A DNA stretch of 32,000 nucleotides. It comes from an archaeon (GTDB lineage Archaea > Iainarchaeota > Iainarchaeia > Iainarchaeales > CSSED10-239). The notes beneath the pieces were generated by a model. That model did no database searches. It was not told where the DNA came from and was given only the letters and a program-made list of their open reading frames with translations. This document shows, in pieces, positions 9,856 to 18,814 of the stretch. Position numbers and translations under genes: made by a program. The DNA lies in the NCBI GenBank assembly GCA_035390665.1, contig DAOOUC010000001.1, forward strand, positions 108,634-140,633, written 5' to 3'. Numbering within the stretch: the stretch's first letter is position 1; the number at the start of each line of letters is the position of its first letter.

Positions 9856-10533
9856 AAGTATAAGTAAAACTATCAAAAAAGATTTCCAATTTCTAAATAT
9901 AAACAGAAATATATTTTTAAAAAATTCAAATACATATTCTAAAAATTTTTTTGGATCTTTGATTTCATCAAGCATTTCAATAAAAAGGTCTTTATTGTCT
10001 TTTGTTTTTTGATTAATAATATTAAAATTATTAATTTTACCTAAAACCGCATCAAGAGAAAGTTCATGGTTTTCAAAATTACATTTCCAAATCGGGATGT
10101 ACATTTCTTCAAACCCACTTAAAGTTAAATTGTCTTTATCTACTTCAAATTTACAAGATAGCATTTTAGCAATTATGTCTTGCGCTTCAGCTTTAGTAAG
10201 TAGTGATTTTTTTAATCTTATCTCTACTTTTTCAAGGGCAATATCAATGGTGTCTATATTTTGAGGGGTTTCATGCTCTAATAGTTTAAGATATTCTTCT
10301 TGAGATCTATTTGTTAAAGAATTTAGTGCAACTTGCCCAGTATAATGCTTATACACGTTGTTTTTTTTAGAATCAACATCATAGAAACAGACCCAAAAAG
10401 GGACAATATTAAGGTGGAAGTTATTTTTAGTAATATTCACCTTATGTCCTTTCCTGTTAAATTCTTTTTGAACTATAGAAACTGCTTCTTCAAGAGTTAT
10501 CTTAACAGGAAAAGCATTCTTGTTTAATTTCAT
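9829..10533 (-). CDS. Hypothetical protein with C-terminal TM anchor
   Basis: 234 aa; two similar halves each with an IVPFWVCFYDV / YIPIWKCNFEN motif, then a C-terminal TM (NWKSFLIVLLILLIVYFVFF). Confidence 0.65.
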   Translation of the reverse strand: MKLNKNAFPVKITLEEAVSIVQKEFNRKGHKVNITKNNFHLNIVPFWVCFYDVDSKKNNVYKHYTGQVALNSLTNRSQEEYLKLLEHETPQNIDTIDIALEKVEIRLKKSLLTKAEAQDIIAKMLSCKFEVDKDNLTLSGFEEMYIPIWKCNFENHELSLDAVLGKINNFNIINQKTKDNKDLFIEMLDEIKDPKKFLEYVFEFFKNIFLFIFRNWKSFLIVLLILLIVYFVFF

Positions 10534-10546
10534 TTTTTAAATGAAT

Positions 10547-10891
10547 TTATCTTTTTTTAACAATTTTTACTTTTGATGGTGTTAAAAGAATCTTTGATGG
10601 TGAGATCATTGCAAGGTCTCCGCCTGTATCTTTAACAAACATCTTAATTTGTCCTAAAAATTGTTTTGCTCTTTGAGCATTTCTTTTTGTTAAGTTCTCA
10701 ACATCTAAAAGAACAAGATTTTTTTGTTTTAATTCTTTTATTGTTTCTTCAACTTCTGCGTTTGTTTGTAAGCTGATTGGTTTTACCCAAAAGTCTACGT
10801 CTTCTGGTTCTTCCTCAACTTCCATATTGTTTAAGTAGTCGTCTACGTCTAGGTCTTCTCTTTTTGAGAAAACGCCGTCAAAAAATGCCAT
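10547..10891 (-). CDS. sepF: Archaeal SepF-like cell division protein
   Basis: 114 aa: EETIKELKQKNLVLLDVENLTKRNAQRAKQFLGQIKMFVKDTGGDLAMISPSKILLTPSKVKI matches the SepF/DUF552 core. Confidence 0.82.
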   Translation of the reverse strand: MAFFDGVFSKREDLDVDDYLNNMEVEEEPEDVDFWVKPISLQTNAEVEETIKELKQKNLVLLDVENLTKRNAQRAKQFLGQIKMFVKDTGGDLAMISPSKILLTPSKVKIVKKR

Positions 10892-11084
10892 GTTTCTCCA
10901 CCTCTAATTTTTCCCCTTTTTATTTAATTTAAAATACTAGTAATAAATATATTGAACCAAAATATATAAAAACGAATTGTTGTATATGCGGTTGTTTTTT
11001 TCTAAAAAAATAAAAGCAAATGCTTTTAAATACATATAGTTTAATTAGCACTAATTTATATGGTTTTTTGGTTATATATTCTAT

Positions 11085-12248
11085 ATGAAATATACTCACA
11101 TTATTATTCATTATTCAGAGATTGCAATTAAGAAAGACAATAGAAGTACTTTTGAAAATATTCTTATTAAAAATCTAAAAGAGTGTCTAGCGATTGATGT
11201 TTCTCAAATCTACAAACGATTTGGAAGAGTTATTTGTGTATTATCAGAAACCGCAAATTTAGAAAATATTAAATTCACTCTATCTAAAATACCAGGGGTT
11301 CATAGTTTTTCTTTTTGTTTAACAACAGTTCAAGATTTAGAAGAAATTAAAAAAACAGCAAAAGATATTGCAGAAAATACAACCTTTGAAAATTTCAGAG
11401 TATCTTCTAAAAGATCATTTAAGGGCTTTAAGTATACTTCTCAAGAAATTGATAGGCTTGTTGGCGAAGAAATCTTTGAAAATCTTAAAAAGAAAGTAAA
11501 ATTAAAAAATCCAGAACTAGAAATTAATATTGAAGTTACAGAAAAGGAAGTTTTTGTTTATACTAATAAAGAAACACATATAGGAATTGGTGGACTTCCA
11601 GTTGGTTCAACAGGAACTGTAGTGTGCTCTCTTTCTGGGGGAATTGATAGTCCTGTTTCAGGGTATATGCTAAACAAAAGAGGGTGTAAGGTAGTTTATG
11701 CACACATTCAAAGTAATAATCTAGTAACAAAAGAAGTTGAAGAAAAAATCTTTAAGCTTTGTTCTACTTTAAGAAACTATCAAGGAAGAACAAAACTAAT
11801 AGTAATTCCTTTTTCTGAGATTCAAAAACAATTGTTAATGGTTGTTCCTGCAGATTATAGAATGATAATTTATAGAAGATTTATGTTTAGAATAATTAAC
11901 AAGTTAGCAGAAAAAGAAGGCGCTCTTGGAATTGTTACAGGAGACTCTGTCGGTCAAGTTGCTTCTCAGACACTTGAAAACTTAAACTGTATTTATGAGG
12001 CTTCAAAGCTTCCAATTTTTTCCCCATTGATTGGTTTAAACAAAGACGAGATTATTGAAATTTCTCAAAAGATTGGAACCTATGATATTTCAATTATGCC
12101 ATATCCTGACTGTTGTTCCTTTATGGTTGCAAGGCACCCTAAGACAAGAGGAAAGATTGAAGAAGTAAAAGACATTGAAAGCAACATCAAGAATATTGAT
12201 GCATTAGTAGATGATGCAATATCAAAAGCAAAAGAGCACATCTTTTAA
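11085..12248 (+). CDS. thiI: tRNA 4-thiouridine synthetase ThiI, lacking a rhodanese extension
   Basis: 387 aa: N-terminal THUMP region, PP-loop CSLSGGIDSPVSGYML, conserved MPYPDCCSFMVARHPKTRG near the C-terminus. Confidence 0.9.
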   Translation: MKYTHIIIHYSEIAIKKDNRSTFENILIKNLKECLAIDVSQIYKRFGRVICVLSETANLENIKFTLSKIPGVHSFSFCLTTVQDLEEIKKTAKDIAENTTFENFRVSSKRSFKGFKYTSQEIDRLVGEEIFENLKKKVKLKNPELEINIEVTEKEVFVYTNKETHIGIGGLPVGSTGTVVCSLSGGIDSPVSGYMLNKRGCKVVYAHIQSNNLVTKEVEEKIFKLCSTLRNYQGRTKLIVIPFSEIQKQLLMVVPADYRMIIYRRFMFRIINKLAEKEGALGIVTGDSVGQVASQTLENLNCIYEASKLPIFSPLIGLNKDEIIEISQKIGTYDISIMPYPDCCSFMVARHPKTRGKIEEVKDIESNIKNIDALVDDAISKAKEHIF

Positions 12249-12272
12249 TGCTTTTGTTCATCTATTTAATTT

Positions 12273-13832
12273 ATGTTTTCAATAAACTTAAATCAAAAGA
12301 AAAAGGCCCTTGAACCACTTATTGCAACTATTTTGTTAATAGTTGTTTCTGTAATTTTAGTTACAATTGTTTTAACTTGGGGCAAGAACTTTTCAGTAGA
12401 AGAATTAAATAAAACAAATAATATTATTTACGTAAAATCAGATATAAGTAACTATATACAATATAAAACAAGAAGTAATACAACAAGCGAAAACAACATT
12501 TTAGAAATAAAAAATATACATCCAACAGAAACTGCAACAATTGTCGGATATAAGATATTATCTCCAAATAGTAAATTTAGATTTTTAGACGATTATCAAT
12601 TTAGTCTTGATGAAAATGCTACATTATCTCCCGGTCAATCAATTTTTTTAGGATTAGCCTGTACGCCAGAGCAAACATTTAATGTTGAATTATTAACAAG
12701 TGATAGCAAATATATTTTTATAAAATATAATAGTCTTAATTCTAGTCCAGCAAGTTGTATAAAAGACATGGATTTTGGTTGGCATCACGCATGTGTGGTT
12801 TTAGCAACGGGCAAAGTAAAATGTTGGGGGCGAAATGATAATGGCCAATTAGGAGATGGCACAATAGCTCAAAAAAAAATACCAATAGAGGTCTTAGATA
12901 TAAATTCAGGGGTTGCAATAACCGCCGGAGATTTACACACGTGTGTTGTTTTGAGTTCAGGAGAAATAAAATGTTTTGGAGATAATCCTTATGGTCAATT
13001 AGGTAATCAAAATACAACAGATAGCAACTTTCCAGTAACTGTTTTGGGAATAAATAATGCAATAAAAGTTTCAGGTGGTTGTTGGCACACATGCGCATTA
13101 CTAAATACTGGTGAAATAAACTGTTGGGGGGCAAATACAAATGGCCAATTAGGTAATGGTACAAAGACAAATAGTTTAATACCAGTTTCTGTTATTGATT
13201 CAAATAATGATATTATTACAAACTTTGTAGATGTAAAAGTAGGCTGTACTAATAGTTGTGCATTACTAAATAACGGACAAATAATGTGTTGGGGTAATAA
13301 TCAATATGGGAAGTTAGGAGATGGCACAACAACAGATAAAAATACTGCAACACCCGTTTTAAATGTGGAAAATGCAATGCAAATAAGTATTGGTTCAGAA
13401 TATGGTGGTTGCTTGCGAGAGCACAACGGAACAGTTAAATGTTGGGGGCGAAATAATTTTGGACAAATTGGAGATGGCACAAACACAGATCAGAACACAC
13501 CTACACAAGTTTTACAAATTACAGATGCAATAGATATTGATAGCGGGAATGGTCACAATTGCGCAGTCCTATCCAATAATGAATTAAAATGTTGGGGACA
13601 AAATAGTGCCGGGCAATTGGGGGACGATACATGGGTAAATAAATCTGTACCCACCACCACAGTAAATTTAATTGATTCAAAAGACGTGGTTCTAGGAGAT
13701 GAATTTAGTTGTGTTAAATCAATATATGGTGAATTAAGATGTTTTGGCAGTAATGGTCAAGGGCAGTTAGGTTTAGGAAATACAACTGCCAGTAAAGTTC
13801 CGTTAGATATAAATAATTCTTTTTATGATTGA
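12273..13832 (+). CDS. Archaeal type IV pilin-like protein fused to a seven-repeat RCC1-type beta-propeller
   Basis: 519 aa. N-terminus KKKALEPLIATILLIVVSVILVTIVLTWGKNFS is an archaeal pilin leader/helix. aa ~166-515 hold seven repeats of the form C-V/A-x-L-xxxG-x-(V/I)-x-C-(W/F)-G-xNxxGQLGxGT, each with Cys-x9-Cys (C174/184, 224/234, 274/284, 329/339, 380/390, 430/440, 480/490). Confidence 0.93.
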   Translation: MFSINLNQKKKALEPLIATILLIVVSVILVTIVLTWGKNFSVEELNKTNNIIYVKSDISNYIQYKTRSNTTSENNILEIKNIHPTETATIVGYKILSPNSKFRFLDDYQFSLDENATLSPGQSIFLGLACTPEQTFNVELLTSDSKYIFIKYNSLNSSPASCIKDMDFGWHHACVVLATGKVKCWGRNDNGQLGDGTIAQKKIPIEVLDINSGVAITAGDLHTCVVLSSGEIKCFGDNPYGQLGNQNTTDSNFPVTVLGINNAIKVSGGCWHTCALLNTGEINCWGANTNGQLGNGTKTNSLIPVSVIDSNNDIITNFVDVKVGCTNSCALLNNGQIMCWGNNQYGKLGDGTTTDKNTATPVLNVENAMQISIGSEYGGCLREHNGTVKCWGRNNFGQIGDGTNTDQNTPTQVLQITDAIDIDSGNGHNCAVLSNNELKCWGQNSAGQLGDDTWVNKSVPTTTVNLIDSKDVVLGDEFSCVKSIYGELRCFGSNGQGQLGLGNTTASKVPLDINNSFYD

Positions 13833-13837
13833 TTTTT

Positions 13838-14875
13838 ATGACAGATAAAAGAGTGGTTGTTGGTGTTTCTGGTGGCGTAGACTCAAGTATGGCTCTTGTA
13901 GTTCTTCAGAATAAAGGCTATACACCAATTGCAGTTTCATTAAAGCTTCCTGTTTGGATTGGGGCAACTTGTAAAGAAAATTCTTGTTGTACGGATAAGT
14001 CAATTGCTATTGCAAAAGATGTTTGTAAAAAATTAGGAATAGAACATCACATAGTTGATGAAAGAAAAAACTTTGAAAAAGAAGTTGTTGGTTATTTTAA
14101 AAAAGAATTAAAGAATAACAGAACTCCAAATCCTTGTGTTGTGTGTAATAGATTTTCTAAGATTAAAGCACTTATAGATTTTGCAGACAAGCACAAAATC
14201 CCTTTTGTTGCAACAGGGCATTATGCTAAGATAAAAGAAGGTTCTCTTTGTAAACCAAAAGATAAAGAGAAGGATCAAACCTATGGTCTTTGTCTTCTAA
14301 GAAAAGAATGGTTAAAAAGAATTATTTTTCCATTAGAGGATTTGACTAAAGAACAAGTTTATAAGTTAGCCCAGAAGCAAGATTTTGATTATTTTTCTAA
14401 AACTAAGCAAAGCCAAGATTTTTGTTATGTCTCAGGAAATGATATTTCTAAGTTTATTGAAAAAGAGTTAGGAAATAAACCAGGAAATATTGTTACAACA
14501 ACAGGAGAGATTCAAGGAAAGCATAATGGTTTATGGTATTACACTCTAGGCCAAAGAAGAGGGCTTGGAAGAAATGGCACAAAGTATTATGTGTGTGGAT
14601 TTGATACTAAAAAAAATCAGTTAATTGTCACAAGTTCTCTTGAAAGTAAAATTAAAGAAATTATTATTGAAAAAGTAAATCTTTTAGATAAACTTCCAAA
14701 AAAAATTAAAGTTAAAGTAAGGTACACACCAAACGAGATTCCTGCAAAAATACAATTGCTTTCAAATAATACTGCAAAAGTTATTTTTGATAACCCCCAG
14801 GCTGTTGTTACTCCCGGACAATTCTGTGTGTTTTATTCTAAAGATAAATGCCTTGGTGGAGGAATCATAAAATGA
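13838..14875 (+). CDS. mnmA: tRNA-specific 2-thiouridylase MnmA
   Basis: VVVGVSGGVDSSMALVVLQNKGY, RTPNPCVVCNRFSKI (first catalytic Cys), DFCYVSGND (second Cys), GLWYYTLGQRRGLG. ATG at 13838 is preferred over the TTG at 13829. Confidence 0.9.
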   Translation: MTDKRVVVGVSGGVDSSMALVVLQNKGYTPIAVSLKLPVWIGATCKENSCCTDKSIAIAKDVCKKLGIEHHIVDERKNFEKEVVGYFKKELKNNRTPNPCVVCNRFSKIKALIDFADKHKIPFVATGHYAKIKEGSLCKPKDKEKDQTYGLCLLRKEWLKRIIFPLEDLTKEQVYKLAQKQDFDYFSKTKQSQDFCYVSGNDISKFIEKELGNKPGNIVTTTGEIQGKHNGLWYYTLGQRRGLGRNGTKYYVCGFDTKKNQLIVTSSLESKIKEIIIEKVNLLDKLPKKIKVKVRYTPNEIPAKIQLLSNNTAKVIFDNPQAVVTPGQFCVFYSKDKCLGGGIIK

Positions 14876-15519
14876 ACAAAAAAAAGATTATTGAGAAAAC
14901 AAAAGAATTTGTAAAAACAGAAATGTTAAAAGGAGATCCAGGACACGATTGGTCACATGTTTTAAGAGTCAACAACATTGCAAAGAAAATTGCAAAGAAA
15001 GAAAAAGCAGACATCTTTATTGTAGAACTTTCAATTTTGTTTCACGATATAGCAGATTCAAAATTTACAGATGGAGATGAAACTATTGCTCCAAAGAAAA
15101 TAACTAATTTCTTGGAGTCTTTAAAAGTTGATAATGAAACCATTGAAAAAATAAACTATATAGTGGAACATATGTCTTTTAAGAAAAATCAACCAATAGA
15201 AAAAAGTACAGAATTTAAAGTGGTTCAAGACGCAGATAGATTAGATGCAATCGGGGCAATCGGTATTGCTCGTGCTTTCTCTTTTGGAGGATATAAGAAT
15301 AGATTAATGTATAATCCAGACGAAAAACCAAATCTTAATCAATCAAAAGAGCAATATGTTAAAGCAGAAGGCACAACAATAAATCATTTTTATGAAAAGC
15401 TTTTGCTTCTAAAGGATTTAATGAACACAGAAACAGCAAAAAAAATTGCAGAAAAAAGACACAAAGTTATGGAAAAATACTTAGAACAATTTTACAAAGA
15501 ATGGAATGGAAAAGCATGA
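14872..15519 (+). CDS. HD-superfamily phosphohydrolase
   Basis: HDWSHVLRVNNIAKKIAKKEKADIFIVELSILFHDIADSKF, VQDADRLDAIGAIGIARAF; metal-binding H...HD...D motif. Start trimmed to ATG 14872. Confidence 0.87.
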   Translation: MNKKKIIEKTKEFVKTEMLKGDPGHDWSHVLRVNNIAKKIAKKEKADIFIVELSILFHDIADSKFTDGDETIAPKKITNFLESLKVDNETIEKINYIVEHMSFKKNQPIEKSTEFKVVQDADRLDAIGAIGIARAFSFGGYKNRLMYNPDEKPNLNQSKEQYVKAEGTTINHFYEKLLLLKDLMNTETAKKIAEKRHKVMEKYLEQFYKEWNGKA

Positions 15520-16079
15520 ATAATATTTATTATTTTATGAGACATGGTCAAAGTCTTGCAAACCTTAAGCATTTAGTTATTAGTTCTCCAGATAACGGTG
15601 TTAAACATTATGGACTTTCGGCTCTAGGTAAAAAACAAGCTTTAGAATCAATATCCAAGAATAAAGATCTTGACAAGAACACAATAATTTATTCTTCTGA
15701 TTTTAAAAGAGCAATAGAAACAGCAGAAATTGTAAGCAGTTATCTAAAAACAAAAAAACCAATTTTAAGAAAAGAATTAAGGGAAAGATTTCTTGGAGTT
15801 TATGAAAAAGGCAAAGATAATATGTATCATAAACTTTGGGAAGAAGATATAAAAGGAAAAACACTAAAAAGTGTAGAGCCAGTAACTTCTGTTGAAAAAA
15901 GAGTAGAAAAATTAATTAAAGAAATAGAAACCAAATATAAAAATAAAAAAATTATTTTTGTAACTCACGGAGATATTATTAGTATAGGTCTTTCTATTAT
16001 TAATAATAAAGAAATAATTAAACATCACCAGATCTATTCCATACTTGAGAATGCAGAAATAAGAAAAGCAAACAAATAA
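15516..16079 (+). CDS. Histidine phosphatase (phosphoglycerate mutase-like)
   Basis: YYFMRHGQSLAN, YSSDFKRAIETAEIV, LRERFLGVYEKG, IFVTHGDII; start overlaps the upstream stop codon. Confidence 0.87.
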   Translation: MNNIYYFMRHGQSLANLKHLVISSPDNGVKHYGLSALGKKQALESISKNKDLDKNTIIYSSDFKRAIETAEIVSSYLKTKKPILRKELRERFLGVYEKGKDNMYHKLWEEDIKGKTLKSVEPVTSVEKRVEKLIKEIETKYKNKKIIFVTHGDIISIGLSIINNKEIIKHHQIYSILENAEIRKANK

Positions 16080-16192
16080 TTTGCTTTTCAAATTCAACAC
16101 ACTTAAAAAGGCTTTTGTTCTTAATATATAATATTCTCTAGTGAAATAAAGATAGGTAATAGATTATTTTAAATTTGGAGAAAAGAGAAAGA

Positions 16193-17410
16193 ATGGCAGA
16201 GAATATTTTTTATAATTTTTTAAATGAAAATTCGGTTTTTACAGATAAATCAAAGATATCTCCACATTATGCTCCAGAAAAACTTCCTTTTAGAGATGAA
16301 CAAATAAAGGATTTATCTTTATGGCTCTCTCCAATTTTAAAAAAAGCAAAACCACATAATGTTTTTATTTATGGTAAAGTTGGAACAGGAAAAACAACAG
16401 TTGTTAAGCACGTTACAAGTCAATTAGAAAAGTTTTCTAAAGACCAGCATTTACCATTACAAACAGTTTATTTAAATTGTAGAAATTATCAAACAAAATA
16501 CACGGTTTTAGTGTATTGCGTTCAATTATTTTATCCTGATCAAAATTTCTTTGGTTATTCTAGATCTTTTATTTATGATAAATTTCTAACATTTATTAAA
16601 GAAAATAAAATTAATTTTGTTTTGATTCTTGATGAAGTGGACAAAGTTAAAGAAAAAGAAATTGATGATTTAATTTATACACTTACAAGAACAAACGATG
16701 AACTTGAAGGGGGTTCTGTTTCAATTATTGGAATCTCAAATAATCTTTTCTTTAAAAACAATTTAGATTCAAGAACAAAAAGTACTCTTTGTGAACAAGA
16801 AGCGGTCTATCCCCCATATAATGCAGATGAATTAAGAGATATTTTAGATCAAAGAATAGATATTGCATTTAAAAAAAACGTAGTTGATAGTTCTGCGATT
16901 AATGCAGCAGCTGCAATTGCTGCAAAAGAATCAGGAGATGCAAGAAGAGCAGTTATGTTGTTACTTAGGGCCGGAGAGATTTCTGATTTAAATAATCTTC
17001 CAAAAGTAACAGATAAAGAAGTTTATGAAGCAAAAGAAAAAGTTGAACAAGAGGTTATGAAAAGTATGGTTTTAACTCTTCCAGTTCAACTACAATTAGT
17101 TTTATTTGCAATTGCAGAAAGTTCTTTAAAACCAAAAGGGATTTTAGCAATGTCAGGTATGGAAACAACAGATTCAAATGTTTTATACTCTGGAGAAATC
17201 TACGATAAATATTGTTCTCTTTGTGATAAATATTCTGAAAAAGGAGTTTCAATAAGATGGTTTAGAGAATATATTACTGAACTTGAAACATATGGTTTTA
17301 TTTCTACAACAATTTCAGGAAAAGGAGTTAAAGGAAATACAACTCTTATAAGACTAGGCGTAGATGCACAGAGTATTATTGATTTGTTAAAACCAGAATT
17401 TAATAATTAA
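16193..17410 (+). CDS. cdc6: Orc1/Cdc6-type replication initiator
   Basis: FRDEQIKDLSLWLSP, VFIYGKVGTGKTTVVKHV (Walker A), FVLILDEVDKV (Walker B), ISNNLFF (sensor 1), SGDARRAVMLL (sensor 2), C-terminal winged helix. An alternative TTG start lies at 16175. Confidence 0.9.
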   Translation: MAENIFYNFLNENSVFTDKSKISPHYAPEKLPFRDEQIKDLSLWLSPILKKAKPHNVFIYGKVGTGKTTVVKHVTSQLEKFSKDQHLPLQTVYLNCRNYQTKYTVLVYCVQLFYPDQNFFGYSRSFIYDKFLTFIKENKINFVLILDEVDKVKEKEIDDLIYTLTRTNDELEGGSVSIIGISNNLFFKNNLDSRTKSTLCEQEAVYPPYNADELRDILDQRIDIAFKKNVVDSSAINAAAAIAAKESGDARRAVMLLLRAGEISDLNNLPKVTDKEVYEAKEKVEQEVMKSMVLTLPVQLQLVLFAIAESSLKPKGILAMSGMETTDSNVLYSGEIYDKYCSLCDKYSEKGVSIRWFREYITELETYGFISTTISGKGVKGNTTLIRLGVDAQSIIDLLKPEFNN

Positions 17411-17479
17411 ATGGCCCATTTGGCCCAATCTATTTTATTTATATGTGTTTTTGTGTATAATTATATTTGTGATAAGAGT

Positions 17480-18016
17480 ATGCCAGAAACAAAAAAACTA
17501 CTTGATCCAATAAGGATAAAAATTCTTTCTGCAATGCGAAAAAAAGATGTTTTGTCTCCAAATGTAAGACACATAAAAAGATTAACAGGGTTTCACAGAT
17601 CTACAATAAAATCATCAATAGAAAGTTTAGAAAAATCAGGATTAATTACAGGATATGCGCCTTCAATAGATCCAGTTGTTGCAGGATATGGTTTAAGAGT
17701 TTGGACTTTTTTACAAATGGATTTATCAAATGATAATGCAAATAAAGGTTTTCAACAGATAGTAAAAACTATACCTAATGTTTATCATTGTTCTGAAGTA
17801 ATAACAGATAAAGGTTACAATGTTTCTATAGGATATTTAGCAAAAAGCGTTGAAGATTATTATAATAATATTCAAAGACAATATTTTACAACTTATCCAC
17901 AAGTATATAATTATATAAAAGAAAGAACTGTATTTTACTTATCACAACCAAATTATGTACAGAAGAATGTAAGCGATACCTTGATTGATGTTTTAGAAAA
18001 AGAAGCAGGAATATAA
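17480..18016 (+). CDS. Winged-HTH transcriptional regulator (Lrp/AsnC- or TrmB-like)
   Basis: LLDPIRIKILSAMRKKDVLSPNVRHIKRLTGFHRSTIKSSIESLEKSGLITGYAPSIDP, followed by an Lrp-like alpha/beta region. ATG 17480 chosen; the upstream extension looks spurious. Confidence 0.7.
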   Translation: MPETKKLLDPIRIKILSAMRKKDVLSPNVRHIKRLTGFHRSTIKSSIESLEKSGLITGYAPSIDPVVAGYGLRVWTFLQMDLSNDNANKGFQQIVKTIPNVYHCSEVITDKGYNVSIGYLAKSVEDYYNNIQRQYFTTYPQVYNYIKERTVFYLSQPNYVQKNVSDTLIDVLEKEAGI

Positions 18017-18814
18017 ATGCAAGTTGAAATTAGTTATGAATTGTCTGCAGGAAAAAACGCAGAAAATAAATACAGGGGCAGAAATAGATATTTAGAAAAA
18101 ATAAAAGGAATAGACAAAGCAGTAGAAATAACAAAAACAAAGATGTTAAAAATCGATAAACAAAAATTAAAAAAACCAGATATTGAAATTCAAAAGAAAG
18201 AAATAAAAAATAAAGATTGGTTTGAAAAATTCAAATGGTTTTATACTACAAATAATTTCTTAGTAATTGCGGGAAGAGATGCAAAGAACAATGAGCAATT
18301 AGTAAAAAAGCATTTTTCTGAAAACGATTTATATTTTCATGCAGATATTCATGGAGCACCACACACGGTGTTATTAAATCCAGAAAAAAAAGAAATCTCT
18401 GAGATTGATAAAGAAGAAGCCGCAAATTTTGCTGCAATTCATTCTTCTGCATGGAAAAGTCAAACCTTTTCAATTGATGTTTATTCTGTTGGTTATGGAC
18501 AAGTTTCTAAGACTGCAGGAACTGGAGAGTCTCTTGGAACTGGCGCTTTTGTTATAAGGGGTAAAAGAGATTATTATAAAAAAATAGATTTAACTTTAGG
18601 CATTTATTTTGATAATAAAAGACAAAAAATAATTGCTTCTCCAATATCTGTTTTAAAAAACCAAAAAGAAATAACTCAATTACTTCCTGGAAGCATTAAA
18701 AAATCAGAAGTTTGTAAGATAATAACAGAAAAATTAAAAAAAAAAGGAATTAATGTATCAGTAGACGATTTAATGAGTTTACTTCCACCAGGAGATTGCG
18801 AAATAAAAAATTAA
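18017..18814 (+). CDS. Stand-alone NFACT-R (DUF814) domain protein
   Basis: WFEKFKWFYTTNNFLVIAGRDAKNNEQLVKKHFSENDLYFHADIHGAPHTVLL...EEAANFAAIHSSAWKSQTFSIDVYSVGYGQVSKTAGTGESLGTGAFVIRGKRDYY; only 265 aa, with no NFACT-N domain. Confidence 0.87.
   Translation: MQVEISYELSAGKNAENKYRGRNRYLEKIKGIDKAVEITKTKMLKIDKQKLKKPDIEIQKKEIKNKDWFEKFKWFYTTNNFLVIAGRDAKNNEQLVKKHFSENDLYFHADIHGAPHTVLLNPEKKEISEIDKEEAANFAAIHSSAWKSQTFSIDVYSVGYGQVSKTAGTGESLGTGAFVIRGKRDYYKKIDLTLGIYFDNKRQKIIASPISVLKNQKEITQLLPGSIKKSEVCKIITEKLKKKGINVSVDDLMSLLPPGDCEIKN

Noticed and set aside
11015-11040. AAAAGCAAATGCTTTT palindrome in the sepF-thiI intergenic region
   Set aside because: Short AT-rich hairpin expected by chance in this composition; no second copy noticed.
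10929-11111. 60-aa minus-strand ORF in the sepF-thiI divergent region
   Set aside because: Sits in an AT-rich promoter region with TATA-like tracts; composition typical of chance ORFs.
12742-13170. 142-aa minus-strand ORF opposite the RCC1 region
   Set aside because: Shadow of the repetitive plus-strand CDS; low-complexity Leu/His/Tyr composition and no independent support.
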